From an uncultured Pseudomonadota bacterium (GTDB taxonomy: Bacteria; Vulcanimicrobiota; Vulcanimicrobiia; Eremiobacterales; Eremiobacteraceae), in NCBI GenBank assembly GCA_963736005.1, contig CAVTNB010000002.1:37444-101443 (forward strand): a DNA stretch of 64,000 nucleotides, given 5' to 3'. The translations under genes were made by a program, and so were the position numbers. Shown piece after piece: positions 9,446 to 18,812 of this stretch; the first letter of the stretch is position 1; the number at the start of each line of letters is the position of its first letter. Below the pieces are notes generated by a model that saw only the letters and a program-made list of their open reading frames with translations, was not told the origin of the DNA and made no database searches.

Positions 9446-11867
9446 GACGATCGGCGAGAACGCTGGCTTGAACCGAGATCCCGTCGGAGATGACGGATAC
9501 CCCACCGTCGAGATCTGTCCGATAGACTTGCGCCCCGGCAGTCTTAAGAGCAGCTAATGTGAGCGGGCTTGGGTGTCCGAAGACGTTGTGCAAGCCGCAT
9601 GAGATGATCGCGATTTTCGGATGCACGGCCGCCAGAAATTCTGGTGTCGACGAATAAGCACTTCCGTGATGACCGACTTTGAGGATGTCGGCACGCAGAT
9701 CCGCGCCACCGTGCGAAAGCAGACGAGCTTCAGCCTCTGATTGCGCGTCACCGGTGAGCAGCATCGCAACCTGTCCGAAGGTCACTCGAAGCACGACCGA
9801 ATTATTGTTGATATCCGACGATGTTCCAGTAATCAACGGCAACTCGGGTGCGAGTACCTGAACGTGCGTAACTGTGCCGAGATCGAACGCCTCGCCCCGT
9901 TGCGCTCGGATCCACTTGATGTGACGGTCGTGTATGACTTCAAGTGTGCGATGATATGCTGGACCCGAATAGAGTTGCGCTGAGTCGTACACCCTATCAA
10001 CGCGCTCACGCGAGAGGATGACGGGGAGACCACCAACGTGGTCGCCATGTGGGTGCGTCAGCACGACTGCATCAAGATGCAACACCCAATGCCTCAAGAG
10101 AAATGGCATGACCGTCCGCGTCGCGAGGCGATCGCCGATGGGAGCGGCCACCACAAAACCGGTGCTCGTGCGCTCGAGGCGACCTCCACTATCGACAAGC
10201 ATCGCGTGACCTCCCGGAGCACGCACGAGCAGGCAGTCGGCTTGACCGACGTCGATGGCGTCAAGCCGCACGCGCTGATCGAGTCTTTGCGCGATTCCAG
10301 GAATGCAGTATATAAGGAAGAGCGCGAATGCGACTGCTACGCCCCACTTGGCTATGAGCCTCCGCGGAATTTGGTATTTGAACGCCGCGGCGAGCGCTCC
10401 GAGTGCCATCCAGTACGCAATCAGGAATGCGTGAGTCGGCGGCGGCACATCGATGTGGCTACCAGGCAGCGTCGCGAAAAATCGGACCGCGTCGATCACA
10501 AAGAGCAACCCCCACCACACGAGGTTGCTCAATGGAAGAGCAAGGGGCGGACAGGCGAGCGAGGCGGCACACAAGCTCGCTCCAACCGCCATGATGAGCG
10601 CGATGAGCGGAACGACAACGGCATTTGCCAGCACCGCGTAGGGCGTGAATGCGTTAAAGTAAAGCGCTTGAAACGGCCACAACGCGATCTGCACCGCCAG
10701 GCTCGTTCGCACGACCTCGACAACGACGCGCGGAAGTCTTCCATCCTCTCGTAATCCAAGCGAGCTCAACACTGGACTCACGAGCGCGATGCCGACGACG
10801 CACGCAAACGACATCGAGAACGACGGCGACAGAAGCGCGAGTGGGTGAGGCAACGCGACCGCGCTCGCCGCCGCTGCAAAGATCGCGCTCGGCGTCCTCC
10901 CCCGGCCAAGTTCGAGGGCGACCGTTCCTGCGGTGAGCATGGTTGCCGCGCGCAGCGTTGGCAGATGCAGGCCTGCGAGCGCCGCATACAACCATGCGCC
11001 AACGAGCATGAATCCGATACGAGCGGCTCGAGCGATCGGAAAACGCGAGAGAATCCAAGCGAGCAACCCAGCCATGATTCCAAGATGCAGACCCGCCGTG
11101 GTCAGCACGTGGACGGTGCCCGTGTCCGAGAATTCCTGACGCAAGGCGGCCGGCAAATTACCTCGGTCGCCCCACAGAATGCCTTCGAGCACCGTTGCCT
11201 CGAGAGGCGGGAGCCGGCTCTCAATCGCATCTGCGCCTGCCAGCCGTATCCGCGCCCACCATGCTTCCCACCCCGTGCCGATGCCAAGCCTGCGTATATC
11301 CTTGGCACGGTGGGCGGCAATCACGACGTCGACGCCCTGTTCGCTCAGCAGGTCTCGCTCGGCTGGTTCACCTTCGTTTCGCGCGCCGCCGGGCAGATCG
11401 AGACGCCCCCGAATCGTCACGCGTTGTCCAGCCACTTGGCCAACGTCAGCCGCCGGAAATGTCACGAGAGCAACAGTCCCGACAAGATGGATGGCGGCCT
11501 CGCTCGCAGGCGAGCTCACGTGAAGGACACGTACTCGAAGCGAACCCGAGTCGGTATATCTTGGACGCTCGAGAGCAAGCGCTTCGATCACAACGTGATG
11601 GCCGTCAAGCGCCGCGTAAGGCCTATGCTCCACCCGCCATACCGCGAGCGTTGCAGCACCGGCTCCAATGCCAAACGCGAGGATCAATGGGATGAGAAAC
11701 CTTTTGATGCTTGTTTCCGTTAGAAAAACAAAGGCGACGGCCGCAGCAAGTGCTGCCGCTGCAAATCCCGCTGATACGCTCGCAGCTGCAACCACACCAA
11801 GGCCGTACAACGACACAAGCAACGCAAAACTGTGACCGCGCCACAGCGAGTCGAACGATGCGCGCAC
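9390..11867 (-). CDS. comEC: DNA internalization-related competence protein ComEC/Rec2 (with C-terminal metallo-beta-lactamase domain)
   Basis: 825 aa. Polytopic competence domain followed by the MBL motif LTHPHGDHVGGL ... KVGHHGS. Confidence 0.9.
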   Translation of the reverse strand: MRASFDSLWRGHSFALLVSLYGLGVVAAASVSAGFAAAALAAAVAFVFLTETSIKRFLIPLILAFGIGAGAATLAVWRVEHRPYAALDGHHVVIEALALERPRYTDSGSLRVRVLHVSSPASEAAIHLVGTVALVTFPAADVGQVAGQRVTIRGRLDLPGGARNEGEPAERDLLSEQGVDVVIAAHRAKDIRRLGIGTGWEAWWARIRLAGADAIESRLPPLEATVLEGILWGDRGNLPAALRQEFSDTGTVHVLTTAGLHLGIMAGLLAWILSRFPIARAARIGFMLVGAWLYAALAGLHLPTLRAATMLTAGTVALELGRGRTPSAIFAAAASAVALPHPLALLSPSFSMSFACVVGIALVSPVLSSLGLREDGRLPRVVVEVVRTSLAVQIALWPFQALYFNAFTPYAVLANAVVVPLIALIMAVGASLCAASLACPPLALPLSNLVWWGLLFVIDAVRFFATLPGSHIDVPPPTHAFLIAYWMALGALAAAFKYQIPRRLIAKWGVAVAFALFLIYCIPGIAQRLDQRVRLDAIDVGQADCLLVRAPGGHAMLVDSGGRLERTSTGFVVAAPIGDRLATRTVMPFLLRHWVLHLDAVVLTHPHGDHVGGLPVILSRERVDRVYDSAQLYSGPAYHRTLEVIHDRHIKWIRAQRGEAFDLGTVTHVQVLAPELPLITGTSSDINNNSVVLRVTFGQVAMLLTGDAQSEAEARLLSHGGADLRADILKVGHHGSAYSSTPEFLAAVHPKIAIISCGLHNVFGHPSPLTLAALKTAGAQVYRTDLDGGVSVISDGISVQASVLADRLRKRSPRDLGGRDFRTFP

Positions 11868-12146
11868 AGCTCACACTCACGTCATGTGCAGTGAGTGTCA
11901 ATCGAAGCGCTGTTTGGTCGATGCGTGTTCTGGGAAAAAGTTATTCATTGCGGCGCGAGGAACGCCGCACCTCAGAAGGGAAAGAGTAAGTCCGTCATCA
12001 GGTTTTTGAGAAAGGGGTTGAGTGAAGAGTGGACGCTTTGGTCATCGTGCTTCTCGTGTTGATCCTGCTCGCCGTGACCGGCCATCTCCGCCTGTAGCAT
12101 TCAGCTCAACTGAGATTAGGTTCGCCGCGAGCTTGGGAGTGCGGTT

Positions 12147-13073
12147 GTGCGCATCCTGGTAACCGGCGGTGCTGGGTTTATCGGCTCCCACGTCGTGGAT
12201 GCGCTTATCGGCGCGGGCCACGAAGTCGCTATCGTCGACTCGTTCTGGGCGCAAGGCGGGGGACGGCGCACAAATCTCAACCAAAAAGCCCAATGCTTTG
12301 AAATCGACATCCGCGACGGTGCTCTCGCGGATGTTTTTGCGCGCTTTAAGCCCCAAGTTGTGAGCCATCACGCTGCCCAACACAGCGTCGCTATCTCTAC
12401 CAAAGACCCGCCCTTTGACGCGGATGTGAATGTCAAAGGGCTGCTCAACGTCTTGATGCTCGCTTCGAGCAATAAGGTCGGCAAGGTCGTTTTTGCGTCG
12501 TCGGGCGCAACCTATGGGACGCCGCAGTATCTTCCGATCGACGAGAAGCATCCGCAGTTGCCCGAATCCCCGTATGGCATCACGAAGATGGTTGCCGAAC
12601 ATTATTTGAGATATTTTGCGACGAGCAGTGGGGTACGCTATACGGCGTTGCGCTATGGCAACGTCTACGGACCGCGGCAGGATCCGGGCGGCGAAGCCGG
12701 GGTGATCGCTATCTTTAGCAGCCGGATATTGGCGGGGAGCTCCATCCGCATCGACTGGGATGGCGAGCAACAAAAGGATTACGTCTACGTTGGCGATGTC
12801 GCCCGCGCAAATCTGCTCGCCCTCGACCGAGGTGACAACGAAATCGTCAATATCGGAACGGGCGTTGGGACGTCGGTGAACGCACTGCACAAAGCAATTG
12901 CGGGCGTCGTCGGCCGCGACGTTGCTGTCGTTCCTGCGCCCAAACGCGCAGGTGATGTCTATCGGTGCGCTTTCGCCATCGAGAAAGCGCGGTCGGTGCT
13001 CGGCTGGGAGCCGCAGACACTTTTGCCCGCGGGCATCGAGAAGACCGTCGCGTTCTTTCGCGCCCAAGAGTAG
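12147..13073 (+). CDS. NAD-dependent epimerase/dehydratase (UDP-glucose 4-epimerase-like)
   Basis: 308 aa. GTG start, ILVTGGAGFIGSH Rossmann motif and the YxxxK catalytic motif (PYGITKMVAE). Confidence 0.85.
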   Translation: MRILVTGGAGFIGSHVVDALIGAGHEVAIVDSFWAQGGGRRTNLNQKAQCFEIDIRDGALADVFARFKPQVVSHHAAQHSVAISTKDPPFDADVNVKGLLNVLMLASSNKVGKVVFASSGATYGTPQYLPIDEKHPQLPESPYGITKMVAEHYLRYFATSSGVRYTALRYGNVYGPRQDPGGEAGVIAIFSSRILAGSSIRIDWDGEQQKDYVYVGDVARANLLALDRGDNEIVNIGTGVGTSVNALHKAIAGVVGRDVAVVPAPKRAGDVYRCAFAIEKARSVLGWEPQTLLPAGIEKTVAFFRAQE

Positions 13074-13077
13074 CCGC

Positions 13078-13143
13078 GACATTGCCCTTTCGCGAAGACA
13101 TTCGCGCGACGACATTGCCCTTTCGCGAAGACATTCGCGCGAC
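13078..13143. repeat. perfect 33-bp tandem duplication (2 copies), each with a CGCGAA-GACA-TTCGCG hairpin
   Basis: GACATTGCCCTTTCGCGAAGACATTCGCGCGAC occurs at 13078-13110 and again at 13111-13143. It sits between the convergent stops of the epimerase (TAG 13071-73) and leuS (TAG 13152-54). Confidence 0.9.
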
Positions 13144-13151
13144 GACGCTGG

Positions 13152-15657
13152 CTACACGACGATATTGAGCAGCTTGTCTTTGACAAAGACGAGCTTGCGT
13201 ACCGCTTTCCCGTTGAGTTGCGCAGCGACGGTGTCGACGTTTTTTGCCAGCTCGAATGCGCGCGTCTTGATCGATGCCTGGCGGAGCCAAGAATAAACCG
13301 CGCCGCCTGCCATTGACTTGCACGACAATGGCAATCAAATTACGCTTGAGAGCGTCTTCATCGTATTGCGGCCACGCCTGCTCGTGAATGCTGCCCTTGC
13401 CACCCGTTCGCTCGTAAAGCTCTTCTGTTATGTGCGGCGCAAACGGAGCGAGCAACAGAACGAGCACTCGCAGCGCCTCGCCGAAGACAGGCGATCGATC
13501 CGCATCGGGATGTTTCGCAGCAAAATCCTCGATATCATTGAGCAGCGTCATGATTGCCGCCACGCAGGTATTAAGATGCATGCGATCTGAAAGCTCTTCA
13601 CCGATTTGTTTAATCTTTGAGTGAACGCTCAGACGCAGCGCAATTTCGTGCTCGTTGAATGCCGCGCCATCGGCTGGGGCGATTTTCCAATCGCTCGCCA
13701 CGTTGAAAGCGTTAGCATGTTTGAGGACAAGCCGCCAAATGCGCTGTAAGGTGCGCGTCGCACCGGCGATGCCGGTCGTCGACCACGGAAAATCCGATTC
13801 CGGCGGGCCGGCGAACATCTCAAAGATGCGCAATGCATCGGCGCCGTATGTCGCGACCGCCTCATCAATCCCGATCGTGTTGCCGCGCGACTTGCTCATC
13901 TTCTCGTGGTTCTCGCCGAGGACCATGCCTTGGTTGAAGAGACGGGTGAACGGCTCGTCGCCCGGAACGAGACCCTCTTCAGCGAGCACCTTATAAAAGA
14001 AGCGCGAATACATGAGGTGCAGCACCGCGTGCTCGATACCGCCGATGTAGTGATCGACCGGCGCCCAATACTTGGCGATGGGAACCTCCCACGCGGCTTT
14101 GTCATTGTGGGGATCGAGATAGCGCAAATAGTACCACGACGAGCACATGAACGTGTCCATCGTTTCAGGCTCGCGAGTCGCCGGGCCGCCGCACTTCGGA
14201 CACGTCGTGTTCATGAACTCTGGGACGTGCTCGAGGGGACTGCCTTGCGTTCCCGTGATGGGTGCATTGTCCGGCAAGCGCACTGGGAGCTGCTCATCGG
14301 GCACCGCAACGTAGCCCTCTTGCGCGCACAACACCATCGGAATGGGCGCACCCCAATAGCGCTCGCGCGAAATGAGCCAATCGCGCAATTTGTAGTTGAC
14401 GCTGGCGGTGCCCGAGCCTGCCTTGACCAGCTTTGCTGTCATTGCTTTCCGAGCTTCGGCGCTCGACATTTCCGTAAACTCACCGCTGTGCACGAGGGTG
14501 CCGTCATCGACGAATGCCGCGGGCAGTCTGCTCGCGCTTCGCGCACCGGCAGCATCCGTTGGTTTGACGACGGTCCGAATTTTCAAGTCATGCGCTCGCG
14601 CGAACTCAAAATCGCGTTGATCGTGGGCGGGAACACCCATCACCGCGCCCGTGCCGTACTCAGCCAGCACGTAGTTGGTCACCCAAATCGGGATGCGCTC
14701 GCGGCTCAAGGGATTACGCGCGAACGCGCCGGTAAAAACCCCTTGCTTTTCTGTTAATTGCGTGCGGTCCAACTTGTCCGTCACGGTTGCGGCGAATTCA
14801 GCAACCGCGGCGGCTTCCGATTTGCCCTTGACGATGAGCGGCAAGAGCGGATGCTCGGGAGCGATGGCAAGATAGGTCGCCCCGAAAATCGTGTCGATTC
14901 GGGTCGTGAACACCTCGATCGTTCCGATGTTGTCCTCAACCGCAAATGCAACCGTCACGCCCTCACTGCGTCCAATCCAATTGCGCTGCATCGTCTTGAC
15001 GCGCTCGGGCCAACCTTCAAGCCGCTCCAACCCCTCAAGCAGTTTGTCGGCATACTTTGTGATGCGGAAAAACCACTGGCTGAGCTTGCGGCGTTCCACC
15101 TTTGAACCGCACCGCCAACACACGCCGCCTTCGGCTTGCTCGTTCGCCAGGACCGTTTGATCTTGTGGGCACCAGTTCAGCGTTGCCTCAGCTTTGTAAG
15201 CGAGCCCCTTGCGATACATCAACAAAAAGAGCCACTGCGTCCAGCGGTAATACTCGGGCGACGAGGAATCGATTTCGCGGGTCCAGTCGTACGACGTGCC
15301 AAGCTTCTTCAACTGCGAGCGCATGTTGGCGATGTTGGCATTCGTCCACTCGCGCGGATGCATGCCGCGAGCAATGGCTGCCTGCTCCGCAGGCAAACCG
15401 AATGCATCCCAGCCCATCGGGTGTAAGACGTTGAACCCACGCATGCGCCGATAGCGCGCGACGACGTCGCCCAACGTGTAGTTGCGGGCGTGGCCGACAT
15501 GCAGATCGCCGCTCGGGTATGGCAGCATTTCCAGCAAATAGAATTTTTGCTTATCCGCACGCTTGCTGGTCACGTATTGAGCGCGGTCAAGCCAAATTTT
15601 CTGCCACTTCGGCTCTATCGTCTGTGGAGCGTAGACCGGAATTTCTTTGGATGCCAT
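13152..15657 (-). CDS. leuS: leucine--tRNA ligase, with an apparent 1-nt frameshift near the 3' end (about 13258-13263)
   Basis: HIGH (HVGH) and KMSKS motifs are present. ORF 12847..15657 loses similarity after ...VVQVNGRRRGLFLAPPGIDQDA. The canonical LeuS C-terminus (RAFELAKNVDTVAAQLNGKAVRKLVFVKDKLLNIVV*) lies in the neighbouring frame (ORF 13152..13334). The switch is in a GCGCGC run. Confidence 0.9.
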
Positions 15658-15670
15658 CGGTTGTATTGTA

Positions 15671-16915
15671 CTAAATGCCTAGCGGATACGCCTCCTCGCC
15701 GTGGAGCTCCATGTCCAAACCGCGCTCCTCCGCCTGGGGATCGACCTTGGTTTGCGTGATGCGACTGATTAGCCACAACATGCCGTACGTGAAAACAAAT
15801 GCCCAGAGGCTGCACACCGAAACCGCAACAACCTGCTTCCAAAAAAATGCCGTGCCGCCGAAGAACAGTCCATTCGATCCGTTCGGATTCCACGCCGCCG
15901 AACCAAGCGTCCCAAGGGAAACGATACCGAGGAAGCCGCCCACGCCATGCACGCCCCACACGTCCAGCGCATCGTCCCAGCCCTGCTGATTCTTCACGGC
16001 CACCGCGAAGTAGCAGATCACACCGGCAAGAATTCCGATGAGGACTGCGGTGGTGGGTGAAACGTAACCAGCCGCGGGAGTAATCGTCGCAAGCCCTGCG
16101 ACTGCGCCGGTGAGCAAGCCGACGAATTTTGGTTGTCTCCCGCGCGCCCATTCCACGAGGAACCAGGTCACCGCGGCGAAGGAAGCGGCGAGGTCGGTAT
16201 TGAGGAATGCGGCGGCGGTCACGGGGTCTACACGTAACTCGGACCCAGCGTTGAAACCATACCAGCCAAACCACAGAAGACCCGTGCCGAGGGCGATGAG
16301 CGGCACGTTATGCGGTTTGTTTTCCACGACCGCACGCCGCCCGATGTAGAGCACTGACGCCAGCGCGGCGAATCCGGCCGACGCGTGGACCACGATGCCA
16401 CCCGCAAAATCCTCTGCACCCCACTTTGCAAACAGACCATTGGGACTCCACAGCATGTGCACGAACGGGAAATAGACGAAGATGAGCCATCCGGTCAGGA
16501 AGAGGAAGTACGCCTTGAAGGTGACGCGGTTCGCAAACGCGCCGGTGATCAACGCCGGCGTGATGATCGCAAACATCATCTGATACGCGACGTGAACCAC
16601 CAAAGGAATGCCCGCATCATTGCCGGTGAACATCGTGTGCAGCGTTATGCCCCGGAGAAAAGCCCAGTGGGTGGGATCGCCGATGATGCCGTGCCAATCC
16701 GGCCCGAAGCACTCCGAGTAACCGAACGCGAACCAAATAACCGTCGTCCAGCCGAGCGACATGAAACTTTGAATCATGATGGTCAGGACATTTTTGCGGG
16801 CGACCAACCCACCGTAAAAGAAGGCAAGACCCGGGGTCATGAGCATGACGAGGCTTGCGCAGATAAGCATGAACGCTGTGTTGCCGATGTTGAACGGTAT
16901 GGCTGGAGTGCCCAC
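15671..16915 (-). CDS. amt: ammonium transporter (Amt family)
   Basis: Motifs FAGGIVVHASAGFAAL and WFGWYGFNAGS. Chosen start is GTG at 16915, preceded by GGAGGA with a 6-nt spacer, giving 414 aa. The maximal ORF (to 17215) adds an Arg-rich, non-membrane N-terminus that overlaps comEA. Confidence 0.9.
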   Translation of the reverse strand: MGTPAIPFNIGNTAFMLICASLVMLMTPGLAFFYGGLVARKNVLTIMIQSFMSLGWTTVIWFAFGYSECFGPDWHGIIGDPTHWAFLRGITLHTMFTGNDAGIPLVVHVAYQMMFAIITPALITGAFANRVTFKAYFLFLTGWLIFVYFPFVHMLWSPNGLFAKWGAEDFAGGIVVHASAGFAALASVLYIGRRAVVENKPHNVPLIALGTGLLWFGWYGFNAGSELRVDPVTAAAFLNTDLAASFAAVTWFLVEWARGRQPKFVGLLTGAVAGLATITPAAGYVSPTTAVLIGILAGVICYFAVAVKNQQGWDDALDVWGVHGVGGFLGIVSLGTLGSAAWNPNGSNGLFFGGTAFFWKQVVAVSVCSLWAFVFTYGMLWLISRITQTKVDPQAEERGLDMELHGEEAYPLGI

Positions 16916-17034
16916 GAGACTTCCTCCGGTGCGGAAGCAAAAAAGGCCCAGCGTTTCAAAACGCAAGCCTGACAGGCGCGAATCCTTAGCCGTTGACGTG
17001 AGGTTTCCCGCCACAATTCGCTTGCGGCGGCCGC

Positions 17035-17784
17035 TTGGCGGCGCGCGCCCGACGGAGCGATCCTCTTGACTCTTCGCGTCTCTCGCGTGAAAGACGCGCC
17101 GTGGAAAAAAACAAGCACCTTGGGTTTTTGATTGCGGCGATCGCTGCAGCGCTGCTGCTGGTTGGGTACTGGTTACCGCGGCATCCCGATTCCAATTCTG
17201 GCGCCACCACCGCAAGCGCTGAGGCGACGGTGCCGCCGGTACTCGTCACGGCGGATGCGCAGCCTTCGTCCGAATCGTCAGCGCCTGGCGGTCGGCCAAC
17301 TCGCGTCGTTGTCTATCTCTGCGGGGATGTGCGTCGTCCGGGTGTCTACGACATGGCAACGGGCAATCGCGTGGCAGACGGCATTGCGCGCGCGGGTGGA
17401 GCTTTGGGCGACGCCGATTTGGAGCAACTCAATCTCGCCGAACCACTGATCGACGCAATGAAAATTTGCGTACCGCACAAGGGCGAACATCTGGCGCTTT
17501 CAAGCGTTGCCGACGGAACGGCCAGCGGCGACCCACCCCGCCCTTCCCGTCGGCATCACGGTGGCAGATCGAGTCACAAGTTGCAGCTGGGGCAAACGCT
17601 CAACGTGAACGCAGCGAGCGAGTCTGAGTTAACCCAGCTGCCTGGCGTTGGGCCGAGCTTGGCGGCTCGCATCGTTGAATACCGCACGGAAAACGGTCCA
17701 TTCCAAAGCGTCGACGACCTGCAGAACGTCTCAGGGATTGGGCCTTCGAAGTTCGAAAAAATGGCTCCGTTCATCCGGCTGTAA
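17035..17784 (+). CDS. comEA: ComEA family DNA-binding competence protein (SLBB + helix-hairpin-helix)
   Basis: C-terminal LNVNAASESELTQLPGVGPSLAARIVEYRTENGPFQSVDDLQNVSGIGPSKFEKM. The start may be GTG at 17101, just before the TM segment. Confidence 0.8.
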   Translation: MAARARRSDPLDSSRLSRERRAVEKNKHLGFLIAAIAAALLLVGYWLPRHPDSNSGATTASAEATVPPVLVTADAQPSSESSAPGGRPTRVVVYLCGDVRRPGVYDMATGNRVADGIARAGGALGDADLEQLNLAEPLIDAMKICVPHKGEHLALSSVADGTASGDPPRPSRRHHGGRSSHKLQLGQTLNVNAASESELTQLPGVGPSLAARIVEYRTENGPFQSVDDLQNVSGIGPSKFEKMAPFIRL

Positions 17785-17811
17785 TCCGAGCCACGCGTTA
17801 GGCTGTCAGCA

Positions 17812-17840
17812 GGGAATACTTTGCCACGCAAAGTATTCCC
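17812..17840 (+). terminator. 13-bp perfect stem-loop downstream of comEA (GGGAATACTTTGC-CAC-GCAAAGTATTCCC) followed by TTTG
   Basis: Read directly from the sequence. It lies 28 nt after the comEA stop and has a short T tract. Confidence 0.45.
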
Positions 17841-17846
17841 TTTGCC

Positions 17847-18767
17847 ATGCAAAGTAAGACGTGGGTGATACCTCTCGTTGTCGCGCTGTGCGTTTCCCTC
17901 ACGTGCGCCGCCCTTGCGATCTGGTTTCGCGGCGAAGACGGGGCGCTGTTGCTCACCGTGCTCGCGGGGTTCGTGCTGGGATTTGTTTTCCCGAGAGGCG
18001 CCTGGCGCTGGGCTGTCATTTTGGCGTTATGGATGCCAGTTGCGGTTGCCGTGAAGGCACCTCTTCACGCAGGGCCATCGTGGTGTCCGGCACTTACCTT
18101 CCCTCCTCGAAATGTGCTCTGGGGCTTGCCGATCGTCCCCGTGGTTGCGGTTTTCTTGGGTGTGATTGCCGACTGGTTTGTGTCCGAGGCCCTACGCTGG
18201 CTCGGATTTCTCGGTTGGCGCTGGCTTGCAAATATGAAGCTGATTCTGCGCGCGGCCGTCGTCGCACTGGCAGCATTCTTTGTCCTTAGCTGCGCACTCA
18301 TGCTTGCTCAACCGTTGCAGCCCTATGCCATCGGGCAGCGCTACTGCTGGGATGAATCTTGCTTCTCGGTCACTTCGGTCAAGCGCACAAAAAGCATCGG
18401 TTCAGACGTGCATCGCGCCGTTGCACGCGGCACCTTTTACGTTGTCACGGCCAACATGGAGACGCCATGGTGGGGCCGTTTCTACTGGAGCAATGACGCA
18501 GTCTATGCGACTGATTACTCGGGAACGGACTATCGGAATTCTTCTGCCGGTCAGCTCGCAAGCGATGCTCTCTTGCGCTCGAACCGTTCGCAATGCCATT
18601 TGATCCGAGGTGCGGGCGAAGCTGAAACGATCGTCTTCGACCTGCCGGACGACGCCATACAGCCTCGTTTGCTTGTTCGCGATACGCTTGGCTTCGAGGG
18701 CCTGCTCGGAGGGTTGCGATCCAGTCTGTTCTACGTCAAGCCTGCATTCAATCTGCGTTACGATTAG
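17847..18767 (+). CDS. hypothetical membrane protein (N-terminal multi-TM region, C-terminal extracytoplasmic domain)
   Basis: 306 aa. 4-5 hydrophobic helices followed by a soluble Cys-containing domain (YCWDESCFSVTSVKRT...). No confident family. Confidence 0.45.
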   Translation: MQSKTWVIPLVVALCVSLTCAALAIWFRGEDGALLLTVLAGFVLGFVFPRGAWRWAVILALWMPVAVAVKAPLHAGPSWCPALTFPPRNVLWGLPIVPVVAVFLGVIADWFVSEALRWLGFLGWRWLANMKLILRAAVVALAAFFVLSCALMLAQPLQPYAIGQRYCWDESCFSVTSVKRTKSIGSDVHRAVARGTFYVVTANMETPWWGRFYWSNDAVYATDYSGTDYRNSSAGQLASDALLRSNRSQCHLIRGAGEAETIVFDLPDDAIQPRLLVRDTLGFEGLLGGLRSSLFYVKPAFNLRYD

Positions 18768-18792
18768 CAGTGGCCACAAGGATTCCGGCCTA

Positions 18793-18811
18793 ATTGTCGA
18801 CAATCGACAAT
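18793..18811. promoter_or_regulatory. perfect 12-bp palindrome ATTGTCGACAAT plus extra half-site CGACAAT; candidate GntR operator
   Basis: It lies 2-20 nt upstream of the GntR-family gene ATG (18813). The GT-N-AC core fits the general GntR operator pattern. Confidence 0.4.
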
Positions 18812-18812
18812 C

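Noticed and set aside
12029-12097. 22-codon very hydrophobic ORF (VDALVIVLLVLILLAVTGHLRL) in the comEC/epimerase divergent region, as a possible small membrane peptide or type I toxin.
   Set aside because: It has only a weak purine-rich stretch as an RBS and a GTG start. There is no antisense RNA signature or conservation evidence, so it could easily be chance in a 279-bp spacer.
12042-13115. Long antisense or off-frame ORFs throughout the track. Examples: 12042..13115 opposite the epimerase, 34281..35084 opposite selA, 10038..10754 and 10845..11723 opposite comEC, 15615..16274 within amt, 39391..40164, the 5' two-thirds of 44302..45465, 4985..5671, 1868..2668 and 20869..21603.
   Set aside because: These are Arg/Pro/Gly/Cys-rich shadow frames typical of high-GC DNA. 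Each overlaps a gene with clear family motifs on the other strand or frame, and none has a recognisable domain.
12847-13151. C-terminal 100-aa extension of the 936-aa leuS ORF, including the repeated VARMSSRKGNV peptide.
   Set aside because: It results from read-through after the frameshift. The repeated peptide is simply the 33-bp intergenic tandem repeat translated, and the true LeuS tail is in the adjacent frame ending at 13152.
17805-17860. Possible sigma54 (-24 GG / -12 GC) promoter in the TGGCA-containing palindromes, read on the minus strand.
   Set aside because: The spacing between the GG and GC elements is about 15 nt rather than the required 10, and no appropriately oriented gene follows.
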